Positions 11,291 to 26,700 of a stretch of DNA of 64,000 bases are shown piece after piece (the first letter of the stretch is position 1; each line of letters begins with the position of its first letter). The stretch is from Nageia nagi. Its lineage: Eukaryota; Plantae; Pinophyta. The notes under the pieces are model-generated. The model was not told the DNA's origin. It ran no database searches and saw nothing but the letters and a program-made list of their open reading frames with translations. The DNA is taken from positions 192,200,001-192,264,000 of the forward strand of contig JBITNC010000001.1 in assembly GCA_050084985.1 (NCBI GenBank), written 5' to 3'. The translations under genes were made by a program, and so were the position numbers.

Positions 11291-14200
11291 GTTTTTTTAT
11301 CAAACGCTATGAGGGCATCCAACTTTTGCTCTTATATATTGGCCATATTTCTTCTTGCTATACCTATTGAATATCACAGTTCATAAAACTTGATTTTTAA
11401 AGATGAAATTATGCTCACCAGTCTTGAAGTTGGCTTCTTTCGCTCTTCAAACTTGTGCTAGAAGTGTGGCATCTTGCTAGGGATCACTCCAAAGTGTTGA
11501 AAGCGGTGTCCAAGGTTGGACGACCTCCTCCAAATGTGCAAAACTTATTTCTCAAGGAATTATGTTGATACCATTGTAGTTGGACTGGGATTGATACTAG
11601 TGTGAGTGTCTTTAATTTCCTAGATGAACTTGCCTTATGACTCCCAACCAAAATAATGTAAAAAATGCAAAGATCTTACCTCAAACGTTGGGCGATCTCT
11701 TGTTAGACCAAATGAATGTTCCAAAACAATGTCAAAGTGCTTCCAAAAATTAGGACGAACTCTTCTATGGTTGGACGTCACTTTTCCAAGGTAGAAAATG
11801 GCTAGACAAACTCCTTCAAGGACACCTCAATGGCTGAAATTTTGGATTTGATGTTGAGATCACCTTCCTAATTGCGAAATGGTGGATCTAGGGCACACAA
11901 GATGGCCCCAAGCTTGGATGATTCCCTCCCAAGTTCAACGAAATGTCTCAATTGCAAAATCTTCCATTGAAAATACAAAAGATCATGCCCTAACTACTAG
12001 GACACACTACTTCTCTGATCTGTAAAAATTCAAACTAGGGCTTCCAATTTCTCCAACAAGCTAGCTAGTTCAAAGCTCTGATGCCATTGTGGTATTCCAA
12101 ACTAGGGCACACAAGGTTTATAACAAATATGCAAATTCCCAATTTCAACCTTAGAACTCCGAACTTAAGCAAATTAGCAAAATCACCAAATTATGTCAAA
12201 CGATGCCCTAACTTGTGTGGAATACTTTAATTACTCAAATAAATTGCCAATTTATGCCAAAAACAAATGATCTCATGCAAGTGCTTAAATGTTGAAAATT
12301 AGGGCAATTTACTCAAGTAACCAAGCATGTACAAATTGAGGCGAAATAATTAAGACAAAAATATGAAATAACTACCAATAATTCCAAAAATGTCCAGTGA
12401 TCCAAGAATGTGACCTCAAAGAGCTCAAAATGTCTCCAAGGGGTGACGTCTCATTAGGGAGCTAAAAACACCACAATGAAGTTGCCAACTTCACACCAAA
12501 TTGTCTCCTTGAGCTAGGCGTCTCACTCTTAGGGCTAGGTTGGATTCCATGATTCACTCTTCACCTTCAAAACTGGACTAGGGTACATGTTCACTCAAAC
12601 TGTTCCAAGGCTATTCGAGGCTAATTTTTTTAATAAGTGTGGTGCTAGGGCCTAGTTGCCAACTTGAGGGTTTTGTCCGCAAGATGGGGTTTCTCCCTAG
12701 TGGTTTCATCCTTTGAGAGAAAGAGAAGCATGCACTATAAAAAAGGAGTTTAAAAGATATCATCCATGCTTTCAAGTGAGGCGCTCATCTCCCTTTTATA
12801 GTGCTATTTGGAGAAGCCTTTTTCTAATTTGTGGTTGGCCGAACCAACATAGACATAAAATCACTCCTAAATAATAAATAGACCTTCCTAAATTGGGCTT
12901 CCAATTTTGAGGAGTAAACAAGGTCCTCAAATTACAAATATAATAATAAAGACTCCTGATTTAACGATAAACAACTCTTAACACACCTACAGGTGTGACA
13001 TCCACCTTGAAGTGCTCAATTTCTAGTTTTTGCACTCAAAAATGAAGCACACATCATAAGTGAAAAATATGATTTTTATGTGTCCCATCGACACCAGACT
13101 TTTATAAAAGTAAAAAAATAATCCTAAGTGCTTAAAGAAACACGATGAAGAAGATCATCCCATCTCAAAAGGAATGGAGAAACAGAACCTTTAATTTTGG
13201 AATATTACAATAAGGTCCCATTATGGCAAGGTTTCGAGACTTGTACTAGGATTTCATGAAACTTGCAACATGATTTTGTGATAATTCCAAGATGTTTGTG
13301 ATGCAATCCGTTGTGAAAGCGATGTCCAACTATTGTAGCTAAATGACAAAATATTTATAGGAAAAAAGTTATAAAATTGCCATTCAAGAAAAACTCAATT
13401 CATTTGTTTAGAAGCTATTAGTAGAGATAAGAGGACAAAAAATAAAAGAGTTTTGTTAAATCATTGAGTTTACTAATTTGTGTGGGAGCTTTTTGAATTC
13501 CTACATCACACATATTCATTAGACTTTGAAAGAAAGATTAATACTTTATTATATAGAAAATAAGATCTTTTCAAGATTGGAGAGGAAGATCGATTTGATC
13601 AGAGGGTTGGCAAGAAGTCATTATGTTAGTAGCAATTTCAAAATTCTGTTGCTTTTTTATTTTTCTACATTTTCTTCTCAGGTTTAGGTTACTATTTTTC
13701 TATTTTGATTTTCTACATATTTTGAGAAATGATTTCAGGGGACCTTGTGAACTTGGTGGAATTTGGCATGATTATAGCATATTGGCCAAAATACTCACAT
13801 TTTGAGCCAAAAGTCCTTGATCCCTTGCATTCTGGGCCATATGATCCAAAATGCTCGCATTTTAGGCTTTCATGCTCAAATCACCATGTTTTGACCCTAA
13901 GTGGCTCCTAACACACCATTTGATCTGTTTTTTCTTTTGATGATCTTGTTGATTTTTATATTCATGTTTGGAATTCGAAGATGTTTACTTCAAATTTTTG
14001 TATTCATATGCATTGTATTCCATTAGATAAATTGTTATATTTCTTACAAACAATCAATCTTTCACTTTTAAGCTTCTCTAACAGTAGATATGAAGTGTTG
14101 TTATGATTGTTAAATTCAACTAATTACATAATATGTATATTTTCAACACAAACCTACACTCATGTCACTTTTGCCCTACAATGAGCAACAAGCGATTAAA

Positions 14201-14664
14201 TCATAGGGGCAGTCTAGCTTGTTCTTTGGAATGGTAGTTTTGTGGGTGATATCCTTCAGAGCCCTTGGCTGTCATTCACAAGCTATATGGATCTTTTTCC
14301 TCTTGTAAGAATGTGCTCTGGAGTCTGTTATGCATAATTGTCTCCTTTTCCTGGGCATAAGAAATAATTGTCCAAGCTATAAGTATTGTGTGCTTCATCT
14401 CCTTATTGACGTTTTATAGTTATTTGAGTCTTGGCATCGTTATGGATTTTTGGATTATGGGATTTCTCCACCCATCACTCTTTTGACTTTTAACCAGTTG
14501 CTTGATATTTTTATGTAAGCAAATAATAGATGATGTCCAGTGACTTGATTGGAGGAACAATCTATGGTAAGCTACAAAATTTACAAAAAATATTTTGAGA
14601 ATGTTCACAAACTGAACACATCTTGAAAGTAATTCAAGAACGAGACAAGTGAGTAATCTGTTAC

Positions 14665-14755
14665 CTGATGTGGATCCCAAACAGGATTAAGTGTTTGATG
14701 TTTAACTTTTGATTTGAAGCCTTGAATTAAGTTCGGTCCAGTAAATACTATGTAC
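14665..14755 (-). CDS. C2-domain exon
   Basis: YIVFTGPNLIQGFKSKVKHQTLNPVWDPHQ; tacag acceptor, gtaac donor. Confidence 0.87.
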
Positions 14756-17700
14756 CTGTAATGAGATGAAAACAAACAGATATCATAATTAGAGGAGCAA
14801 TAAGTATTACAGGTCCATAAATTACAAATTCTGTGTAGGAACGTACATCATTCTAATAAATCAGTTATTAGGTGGCAATATCACTATAATAAGGCCCAAA
14901 AGCAAAGACATGCCAAATAACTTACGGATCAGAAGAGCCATTGATATCTGAAGCTCGTAAATTACTTGCCCTCAATGATGTAAACTGTACAATATCATGG
15001 GTACAAGTCTAAGAAGTCAGTAGCTGACATATCATTAAACCCAATTGCACTTTGAAGAGTTACAAACATTATTATTGTGAATATCATTTGGCGTTGCTTA
15101 ATAAACTTATTACATTATCTACCAATTGGTAGGATCACTTTTTGTTTGAGGATAATCTGAGCAAATTGTTGAACGATATGCTGTAGATATTTTAACCAAT
15201 CTGACTCATTTGGGAGAACTGAAATTGTTTGACTAGAATTTTCACCTTGAGTTAGCACAAGTCTACCAGAGGCAAAAATTCTACAACTTGATCTTTAAGC
15301 TGTAGGCAATAGCAATACGTTAGGCAAATAAGAGTTTTGATGTGTATTTGATGCAATGTTTAAAAAAATGTGTACAGCAAAAGAAATGGTTCTGGGCCAA
15401 ATTTTAAAAAAGGGCAAAAGGCCAGAGAAAAAAATGGAAAAAAAAAAGGAAAAAATATGGTACATTAAAAAACAAAAAACCTGAAATTTGTTCATATTTT
15501 TCCATAGAACATGCTTATCTAATTGCCATAAAATATTCATATATGGGCTATATCAGCCAACAACACATTTATGACATAAATTTAAACAAAATGATAGTGG
15601 ATTATAAATTATTGTTGAAAAATATGTTATCATGTCAAAAATCATAGTTTATGACTTAACTAACTGCATTTTTTTGAGTTGCAAAAAAACAGAAGAAATT
15701 AAAAAAATGCATTGTTTTGAGATTTTCCTTAACACTGATTTGATGTGAAGTATCAAATAAGAGAGATAATAACATGAAGACGTTTTGATCAAGCCAGTTG
15801 TAAAACCAATATCATGCAACTTGTTTGACGAAAGTCCCAACCAAGGGAAAAACTTTTTTTTTTTATTTGTTAAAATACAAGAGTTAGTAATCCCTATGGA
15901 GGGTAATTGTCTCAAAATAGAGCCATCTGTGAATTGAAGTTCAACCATTTTGGCACACCAATCTTTCCACATAGGAAGGGAATCATTCAAAAAGTTTATC
16001 AATTGTGGAAGTGGTGTAGAAGTGTGAGGATCATATACAATTTCTTTCGTATTTTGAGTAAAAGTCAAGAACTCTAAACAAGCTGTTGGACTTGGACCAA
16101 TGCTTGTTTAAATAACATTCTGGAGTTAAAAAGATATAACACAGAGTTAAAAAGATATAACACAGGAAAAACTCTTATTCGAGAAACACTCTTGCATAGC
16201 AAGAACTCCTACAAAATTTAGAATTATCTAAGACATTTATTGAGGAATTTGATTCTGAACTGTACAAAATCAGACCTATTTTCACTTGGGTTTGGGACCA
16301 TTAGAGATTTCGGACAGCTTGGAATTTTCTTTGAATAGTATTCAACCCTCAAAGCAGAATTGGACTCCTTTGCACATCAACACTATGGAAGTAGATACCC
16401 TTCTTGGATAACAGTCCTTGAAGATCTCTACAAGTATGGAGCATTACGTGTGAGATTTTCTAACTCACGTTAGTAAATTTCATATATACTCAAAGGAAAA
16501 TGATGAATATGGTACTTCGCACTTCGGCATGTAAGACGATGATTTGAAGACAACGACCAACCATAACATAAGAAAAGAAGATCTAAAGACTGCTTTCTTG
16601 CCAACACTTGAAGATGAAGATGAATGTGGAAAGGAGCAAGAGTTGGCTACTACATATATACTTTCGAATTGCTTGGGTACAAGAAATTCGAAAATCCATT
16701 CTATCGAGAAAAAATCACTAATGTCTTATTCTCTATGACCAAGTAAAAAGCTCCTAGTCCTGATGGAGTGTCGACTGGATTCTTCCAAATTTTTTGGAAT
16801 ATCATAGCTGATGACATCATTGAAGCTGTCCAGGAATTTCAAAAAGCCATCTCTCTACTCAAATACTGGAATGCAATCTTTTAGTCCTAATTCCCAAGCT
16901 GCAAGGAGCCAGCAAATTAAAAGACTTCAGATTGATCAACCTATGCAACATTGTCTATAAGATTATCACAAAGGTCCTTGCAAATAGCCTGAAAGAAATT
17001 ATCCCCAAGCTGATATCTCCAGAGCAAGGTATATTTGTTAAGAATAGACAAATAGTAGATTGAATTATTACAAAGCATGAGATTCTGCAGCACTCCATCA
17101 ACTCAAGAAAAGAAGTCCAGATGCTTTTGAAATTTGATATGCAAAAGGCCTTTGACAGAGTTAGCTGGACTATTTTGGATAAATAGTTAGTAAAGTTTGG
17201 GCATAGTGATAAATGGAGAGACTATATCCAAGAATGCATCTCTATTCTTGGATTCTCAAATCTTGTTAATGTAAAGTTGTGAGGTTCTTTACATCTCAAC
17301 GGAGTATTAGATAAGGAGACCCACTCTCCCGCAATATTTTTCATCCTCATGGCTAAAGCTACGGATAGATGCTTTGCCAAAGATAAGATGAATAATCAAA
17401 TTCAAGGCATCATCCCATCATCTAATTGTAACAGTGTCAGCCACCACCAGTTTGTTGATGACACCATTTTGATCGGGAAAGCCTTTATTTTGGAAGCCCA
17501 TTGTTTCTTCATAATCATAGTTGTGTGAAAGAGCTTTCCATGCAAAAGAAAAAATATTCCAAATTCAAAATCTACTTTTTGCATACTCCACCTAATAGGA
17601 AAAGGAGAATTGCAAACATCTTCTAATGCCAGACCAATGATCTACCTATTATCTACCTTAGCATGTCACTGTTCATTGGAAAAATCACAAGTGGCCATTG

Positions 17701-20700
17701 GCAAAGGGTGTTTGACCATGTTCAATCTAAATTAGTTGAGTGGAAGGGTGCCATACTCAACCGGGGTGGAAAGCTCCTACTAATCAAAACAACACTTCAA
17801 AGCCAACCTATTTACACAACAATGGTTTTCAAAATGCCCACTTTTGTCACCTAAAAGCTAAACCAAATTTACAATCAATTTCTCGGGTTAGGGGTTGAAG
17901 AGAAAAGAAGGATGACCCTTGTTGCTTTATCCACACCAAATTTGATGGGGAGCTAGGACTCAAAGAAATGAAGCTTCACTTAGGCCCTCGTGGGAAAACT
18001 GGACTAGAAGCCTCGCATTGATTCAAGCAGTGAATGGTCTCTCATTTGCAAAGAAAAATATGTAAATGGCTCCAATTCCTTTGTGAGAATTGGAAATCCT
18101 CCTAAAGGTTCAACCTTTTGAAAAGGACTTCTCTCTATCCATGGACTAATATGGGACAACATCTCATGTGAGGTTAGAAATGGGTCTAAAGTCTATTTTT
18201 GGGATGATCCCTAACTTCGAAACAAACCTTTATGTCACTACCCTAAATTCCAGGACTATGTGAACTTCAAAGATCTAATCCATTAATGGGAGTTATGCTC
18301 AAAATAAAAAATCTTTTGGAAATACATTCTTCCTCATCTTTGTTGGCTCGTTTAGAAAGAGTGTAACCATTAATTTTTCAAGATCAAAGTAAGGACCCAA
18401 CAATGGTTCAAGCCAGACTTAATGTTGTGTGATTGAAAACCTCAAGCATTGTTTCATGGTAAACAAAGATGGATCAAGTGAGAAAGAAGCTATCATATCA
18501 TGGTACCCGAAATTTGATGGCAATGTCAATCAGCCCCCTCAAATCTCTGATCAAGACTCTCAATGTTCCCACATGTTTGGATCTACCACGGTTCTACATT
18601 GGTTATTCTTGGCACATCATGAATATCAGTATATCAATGTATCTATTTTGAAAATGTAAACATAGATTTTGGAATTTTGTTTAAAAGAAAAACCCTAATT
18701 ATTATTTACTTTATTAAAAAAAATTAAGATCTCAAAAAAAAAAAGAGGCACGACTTATTTTCCCCATTCCACCTCAATATATTTTAGTAGATTTATTGCA
18801 AAAATAGTTAATTACATTACCTACAAAAAGCTCAAAATGATGGAAATTAAAAAAACAAAAGCTTGGTATAAAGAATCTTCATATTGTGCCTATTACCAAA
18901 CTAAGATCATCCAACCAACTAAAGCAATAAACTTAGAAACATTATTCAAATGTTAGTAAATGGGGAAGGATATGTTTGTCCAACAACAATTCCAACTAAC
19001 AACCAAATCCAAGATGAAAACAAAATTGTTAACAATATTGAAGGATTTATGGAGCATGGGATAGATCATCTTTGTGGAATAAACATTGTAAACCAAGATG
19101 TTTGTGTTCATGCCAAAACAAAAGAGGCTAAAAGATGTTATAAATTTCGTAACCAATGAAAGAGTGCCATTATCATTATATCCAAAGTAGTATAATTTCA
19201 ATTATCAATTGAGAACTACTTGAGCAAAAATTTCTCTATATGAGTTGCTAAAAATTTCTCAAGCACATAGGCAGGTACTATATGAGACAAGGTTTAGGGG
19301 CTTCACCCTTGACCTAAACCGTATGACCATATCGTATTACACGTAAGATGCATGATCCTCACAATTAATGAATGCAATATAAAATAAAAGAGGTTGTTTC
19401 CTTTGTTTTTTCTATAAAAGGGGAATGGCCCTAGCATTTCTATTGTGCAATAGTGTATTCTGATTAATAAAATATCAAAGCTACCAGTTCCCCATGGTTC
19501 TACTTGAACATAGCATGGTTTTCACCTATGTTCCATGAAGTTTTTCGGATGGGTATGATGGGGTATGACAAGACGTATCTTTGGGATGGGGATAGCTTGG
19601 GCTCAATTTTGGGTACGACACGGTATGAGAATATTAAAATATTATAAAATAATAAATATATATTAAAAAGTATTGAAAATTTTTAGTGTTAAATATTCTA
19701 TGCAAAATTCAGAAATTTTAAATCATATTTCATTATCATAGAGTCATAGACACATATCATATATGAGAGTCTGACAAATCAAAATGTCAAAAGCAAACAT
19801 AATCATATGAGAGTCTAAAGTCTAAACTCTCGAAACTCTGAAGGATAGCTGGAGAAGTGAGTTTCACAAATGAGGTCCTTTAATTTTATAATGTTTCATT
19901 CATAGTTGCTTACTTACTCAACATCAACATTATACAATATACACAGTTGTTACGAGGTGGAGTCAATATCCAAATCTATGATGTTCTTTTACATGGTGGT
20001 GCATGCATGTGGCAATATGGCAGTGCATGACGGTGCTCCTTTGACGAGCCTCCTCCAAGTGTCTGTTGTGTCAGTACACAAGCGGTGGAAGGGGTTGCAT
20101 GGATGATCCCCCCTAAGGGGTTCCAAGGGCAATAGCCCCAAATCAAAATTTCCCATGTTTCTACAACTATTTTTTTAAGTGATTAGTTGTTTTTTTTCTT
20201 TTCTACTAGTCCGCCCAACCCATAGGGGTATGCCTAACTTCGAGACATCGGTGGTTTCCAAAAATGCTAGGTGTACCCCCTAATGGTGAAACATTTTGTT
20301 TTTTCAAGAGTGCGGTACGAGAATGGGACATTTTCTACCTTTCCATCCCCAAATCGAGCGAAACAAGGTACTAGACGCTAGTACGCATCCCCATGGAACA
20401 TAAATTATAAATTAATTTGGATATCTTAGGAAAAGAAGTAAATAGAGTGCTAGTAGAGAGAAGATCAAGTCTTAGTATTTGCTCCGCCACGTTTTTCAAT
20501 AGTTTGGAAAAGAAATTTTGCCTCATATTTTCTCCCAACCTACCCTTAGCATTTCCCAAGTCCATTATCGTTCAACCCTTTCTTTTTAATCCCACCCTAA
20601 ATTTCTTTGAAAATGATGATAGCATCCTTGAGTTGTTAAGAACCAAATTTGAATTACGACCCTCCCATTCAAAAAAGCATTTTAATTATCATCTTTGTGC

Positions 20701-23700
20701 TAATCCATATTTTGGTGAAAGGACTAACAATGTTAACAACTTTATCACAAACAATCATAAGGAACACACTAATATTATAAGTTTGGGATACTTCTTGCTT
20801 GTCTTTGTTCCAATGATGTTTATACTTTAATCAATGAAGATATTGTGGATATTAATATAGGAAAGAAAGAAAGAAAGTATATTAACGTCCATGGGAGACC
20901 AACAAAGTTCTATTGGACGATTGTAATGGACCAGTATATAGCTTGTATATCTCGTAGTGAGAATCGAACATGGGACACAAGGAGCAAAAAGTTCAACACA
21001 TGACCAACTCAACCAACAATCGAGGTGTTATCGAAAGAAGAAAACAAACAATATAAAACATTGTTGATCTAGTTTGTTGATATTTTGATATGGTCTTATA
21101 TTGATATGTCTAGTCTTGAAAATAATTGTTTTATGCATAATCTTATTGTTAATGAAGATGTTAAACCAATTAAAAAAAAACTTAGAAAGATTATCCAAAA
21201 TTTTCCCTGTTGGTGAAAAAAAACGAAAAATATATAAGTACAAATTTCTTTAGAGTAAATAAGTCTTCTCCTTGGATATCTAACATTTTCCTATAAGTAA
21301 ACCAAGTGATGCGTTTCAAATAAGTACTAATTTGTGTGATATCAATAATGCTTATCTAACTCAAATGGGAATGGAAAGGTTTGAGGAAGCTAGGAACATG
21401 ATAGTGATTTAATAAACAATCAATATAAATGTGGGGACTGATAAGAACATTTGCCTATTAATTTTCCTCATTGCTGATTGAGTCTGTTGATATTTTGGTA
21501 CAGTCTTATATTGATATGTCTAGTCTTGAAAATAATTTTGTTATGTATAATCTTATTGTTCATGAAGATTAATACTGTATGAGAAAAAATACAGCTAGGA
21601 GTGGATCCCAAAAGGTAATATTGAATACAAGACTAACACTGACACTGGTACTGAGAGAGAGAACCTATGAATGACATTAATAACTATGAAGAGGAAAATG
21701 TGGGAATTCCAGTTTTGTTTAGGCTTTAGTTTTTGCATATTAAAATTATTTATTTTTGTAATCTATAATTTTGACATGGATATAACAATAAAGTGCGGAG
21801 AATATATTTATCAAATATGTATGTCCCGATAATGTTATTACAAAATGAAATAGTAAATGGATGATTTTTTCTCTCTATATACATTTGATCGGAAAAGAGG
21901 AGAGAAAAAATTGATAGGGATAGGCAACACTAGAGACTAGAAAACTGCTTTTACTCTAGTAATCTTATTGTCAAAAGTCACAGTTTCGGTGGTCAGCAAC
22001 ACTCATGGATGGAGACTTGTCAATCAAATGCATTGGTGATTCAAATAATAAACCTTTGAAGAAAAAATATATTTATATGATGAATGTAAAGAACATGAAA
22101 ATTGGAACACATACAATGGGATAAAATAATTAAACCTTTTTCTTCCAAGTCTGCTCCTGTAAACCAATTAGCTAAGTATGAAAGATTCAGATATGTTATA
22201 GAACTTGTTCTCTTTGCACTCAATTAACAACATACTGTAATACATGCATGATTATCTTTCTTTTGAATATATGGTCGCAGACTGGTTACTAATTTTAAGG
22301 AGGCACTGTAAAAGTCTAGTTGAATATTGTTTTTGTCAAATAGTTCAACCTGGGAATTTACATTTTTACTTCAAGATTAGCACCTAAAAAAGAACGAAGA
22401 AAAGAAGAGGAGATTCATGGAGAAGAGTGATTGCATACTCTGATATGCCATCTTGTATTATCATCATCAGTTGGATTGCCGGAGTTTTGAGGAAGAGAAT
22501 GTGTAGTCAACGCAAATGTTGCACTAACAGGTTTATGGTCACTGCAATGAAGAGTGATAGTTATTTGATAGGAACCAATAGCATATCAAATGTCTATAAA
22601 GTTAAGATATCATCTCAAATTTTTAATCATATAGACAGAATGGTTAGTCAAATAATCAATAAGTTTACATCGACTATTGCTAAATTGATTATTGAAAAGC
22701 AAGCACATTGTGTAGCATAAATCATTTGCTGCATTCAGACCAATTGAGATAGAATTGCAACTATTTACTACTGGGTGAAGGTGAGCTAGCATAAATATCC
22801 TTTACAGCATGCTATTTTCTTAGAAGCATTAATTTATTAATAATGAATTCCAAATCTATTCCCTGATTGATATACGGATTACTACTTAAGTGTTATATAA
22901 ATAACATGAAAATCAAATTCCCTACTATAAAGATCAAACTCCCATTCGATTATTCTTTAGTTTACTAGAAAATACAAGTTGTTATATCATATCCACAAAT
23001 ATATAACAACCATAGGTATGAATGCCACTTATTAGATGCAAAGAACTATGAAAACATGGAAATGTCATTAAACATCAGTGGCATAAAAGCAATAATATGG
23101 TTGCATCCTCTATAACTTGCATAAACTTAAACAAATTCTAATCAGAATCAACATTGCACTAACACTTCATCAAAGTTTTATATAAAAATTCAAGCTTCAC
23201 TATAATTACAACTTCCAAGCCAATATTAAACTACTTAGCAAGTCCATAAGTAACCAATTGACCAAAAATGATGTGTGATAACAAATTTAAGGACAAGAAG
23301 CTGCATAATAAAAGGATACCCTAGCTGAGGTTGCACACACCACAAAAACAACATAAAGAAAAATCTGCAACCACACAAAGTTAAAATGATAGTTTATGGA
23401 GGTATCCACTAGATAGAAAATTTAAGATTGTACCTAGTATGTTGTGTTGCTTCTAATGGAAGAAAGTCAACCCAACCCAACTATGTATTACCAGGAAAGG
23501 GAACATGTTTTTCACATCTCTTAAATTTAAGGGGGAGGATGATGCATAGGAAATTATGCCTCATCCCTATGAAGGAGGGGGGCAGGGTTGAGGTAGCATG
23601 AGGACTCCACCTGCAGCTAAGGATAATCAACAGATTTTAGAATTATGAATCGTCAACTAAGGGATATGTCTAGATGTCCCTTGGTAACAGTAAGTTCTAG

Positions 23701-26700
23701 ATGTCCTTTATAACATACTCAACAAAAGGATACTACTTTTTGCTTCTCTATTTTCTAACATAAACTTCATTGAATAAGAATTCATATTGCATTTGACAAT
23801 TTGGTGATGATTTGTTAAAAAGGAATTTGAATGGACCATCACAATTAATGTTGAAATGAGATCAAGCCTACAAATGTAGCATATTTCCTTCGGTGATCAT
23901 ATTTTGCAGAGTGTGCCCTAGTTGGCTCCTTGGAGGCCAACATTGAGCCCTTTGGGCCTGGTAATGCATTGTACTCATCATTTCTTCAATATTTGAGCAT
24001 TGACACATTGGATTTCTCCATTGTTGTCTCATTTTGATGTGTGTTTGGTGTTATGTTGCCTCTTTGAGTGTGATGTCATGTTTCTTGGCTCATTTATGGT
24101 GAGTCTTGCATGATATTTGGATGCCTTAGTGTGACGGGCTTGGAAGTGGATAATTTGACCTTGGCATAATTTATTTCATATTTGTTGGTGATTATTTGGT
24201 TAATCCTAGCATTGCAGAATTTTTGGGATATTACATTGTTAGAAGCTGTCAAATACTTCACCCAAGTCTGTTGTCTCATTACAACAATCACATGCTACCC
24301 TTTGCATGAAACCTTCATCCTTACTCTCAAAACTTATGTAACATAGGTCAATCTTCAAATGTATGTCTCCTATGAAGATCTTATGAAGGAAACTGTAGCC
24401 ATTTTGAATATCCTTAATCAAGTACCAACATTCACCTAACATGTTATCATGAACTAATGCGAAAATTTCAGTATGCTCACCTCTTTCATGCTCCTCTTTG
24501 ACAATCTTGTCATCCACAATAACTGAATCCTCATCCTTTGTAAGTGCATATACTTCAAATGAAATATTTTGTGACTTTAAACATACCTCATGTGGCAAGG
24601 TATCATCCTTTGTAACATCCCCTTAAAATTAAGTAATTTTGGAATCCTAAGGATTCCCTTTTTGTAAATATTTACTTTCTCACCAATTTATTGTTAATAC
24701 CTTGGGATAGAAATATAAAGGTCCATCGGACCTGTAGATGCCTAAAAATGATCTATTATTTATTTAATAAATCATATTTAGTGCATTGAATGATTAAAAG
24801 GCAATAATACATAAATCAAGATAAAATGCTATTATATTGCAATACTATGTACTAGAGCCAATGTAATATCATATACCATAGTTCATATTTTAAGTTATTT
24901 TGGATATTGAAATGATTATTGTTATTGTTATGTGTCAGCTTTCACTCCTTTTTGTTTCCCTGCAGGTTATAAATATTGGAGGTGAAGGTTGACATCCATA
25001 TCGGTTCTCTTTGATAGATGGTTGTCCCGAACATCAAACTTATAGTGTCTTTTGACGCCACCTATCTTGAGAACTTGTTAACTCTCTCTGTTATCTCTCT
25101 CTTGCGCACAACACGAAATTGCCAATCCTATGCCATTAGCGACGTATCAGATTCACGCAGCCAATGACGTGCGCCTTCTAAATCGGGAGTTCCAGATTTT
25201 GGGAAACAACTCGTGATATCACTCTAGTGAATATTTGTTGCAATCTCGTCTGAAGTCCGATTGAAATCCTCCAAAGATTTGTTGTTATTCCATTTTGAGA
25301 ATTGTATACATTCTTGACTATAGGCCACACTCTGTATCAGGTTTATATGTTTCATGTATATTTGTTATAATCTGATATAGAGCTACTATTCCTTGTATTC
25401 GTAGACCAATTTATTTAGTTGTGTATTTACACATTTTTGAGTCTACATTTTGGTGAACTTGACATTCTTACACACCTAGGTCTTCACTAAGGGCATCCTT
25501 TTGAAACATCATGAATCCGTTTGCACTATTATTCGTTCCTTTACCTCAAGCTCTCAAGATAATAGCTAGAGAAAATGATAAAACTAGGGCTTGTTCTACC
25601 TATATTGAAAAGATGGATCTAAATGTAGAAAACCTCTACAACAACCTCGTCTTGATGCTCCTAGTGATACTGAGCCTACAAGCTCTAATAAGAAAATGGA
25701 TATTATTGGTGAAACTCCTAATAGATTTATTCCTAATGTTGACCAATCTGAATTTGAAAGTTTAATTTTGAAGTCATTCTAATGAAAGTAATGGTGAAAT
25801 TCTTGAATTAGATAGAATTCATATTCATGTTAGATCTATAATGGAAGTGCTATCTAATTAAAATATTTTCTTACTCGTAATGTTGAAACTATTATTGATA
25901 TTCTAACAAATTATGAGCTCTTATAGGAAAAATCTATAGCCTCGGAATTGTCAAATAGCTTGTTTTCATATGAAAATGCAGGATCTACACGACGAAGGGC
26001 TCACGCCATCAATACGAACGCTGCTAATGACATAACTTCCTGCAAACACGTCATGGACAGCATGGATGGGGTCGAGACAGAGGTTCCTCCTGAGGTAAAT
26101 ACACAACCTCCAAGCAACATAGTTGTTGAGGATAGCAGGACAGAGGATGTAGATGAAGATTATGAGTACCTCCTAAAACATGACCATTTCACAAGAGGTA
26201 AGTATGCTAAAGGTAAGAATATTGTGCAAGATGATAACCATGATGATAAATTAAAAAAACAACTTTACAAACTTAATGATGATACCTACAAGATACAACC
26301 TAATTGGACATTAGAAGAACATCATATTAAAACTGAATTCCTTCTTGAATTTCAAAACACTCGTGACTGACATTTAGAATCTCCTAAAAAACAAATGGAT
26401 GTCTTAGCTCAAATGCTTGATAAACTGGAACATGAATGAGTAAACCAAATAGATCCATTTGTTGTACTCAAAGAAAATGAACTTATAAAAGCACAAATTC
26501 CACCTCAAACCCCCCCACCTCCCCCAAAAGAGGTATCAACTGAGGAATGCAAACAAAAGATAGAATTAGAATTACTTGTTGATGATGATGATGATTACTT
26601 ATTTTGCTTAAAGATGCCATTAATAGATAGAATTTTTGCTAAAGTACTTACTGAGAAAAAGAATATTAAATTTACTACATTCAATGGTTTGCAAGATCCT

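Larger units (their letters stand above)
1421..13209 (-). mobile_element. Non-autonomous gypsy LTR element D (gag-protease plus unknown ORF, no RT/IN); 5' LTR 12088-13209, 3' LTR split into 1421-2209 and 9188-9282
   Basis: Clear LTR similarity (about 1450-2209 vs 12390-13120; 9188-9282 vs 13116-13209); tRNA-iMet PBS 12075-12086; PPT about 9283-9297; gag (ARAWLQKLRTYF..LEGSAYDWW) and protease (FIDGGATYNFI). Confidence 0.85.

Noticed and set aside
14455-14571. Candidate terminal exon of the 5-phosphatase/C2 gene
   Set aside because: It has a plausible acceptor, but the phase-0 translation does not look like the rest of a C2 domain; left unresolved
15649-16068. 139-aa orphan ORF
   Set aside because: No recognisable domain, and it runs into low-complexity A/T tracts
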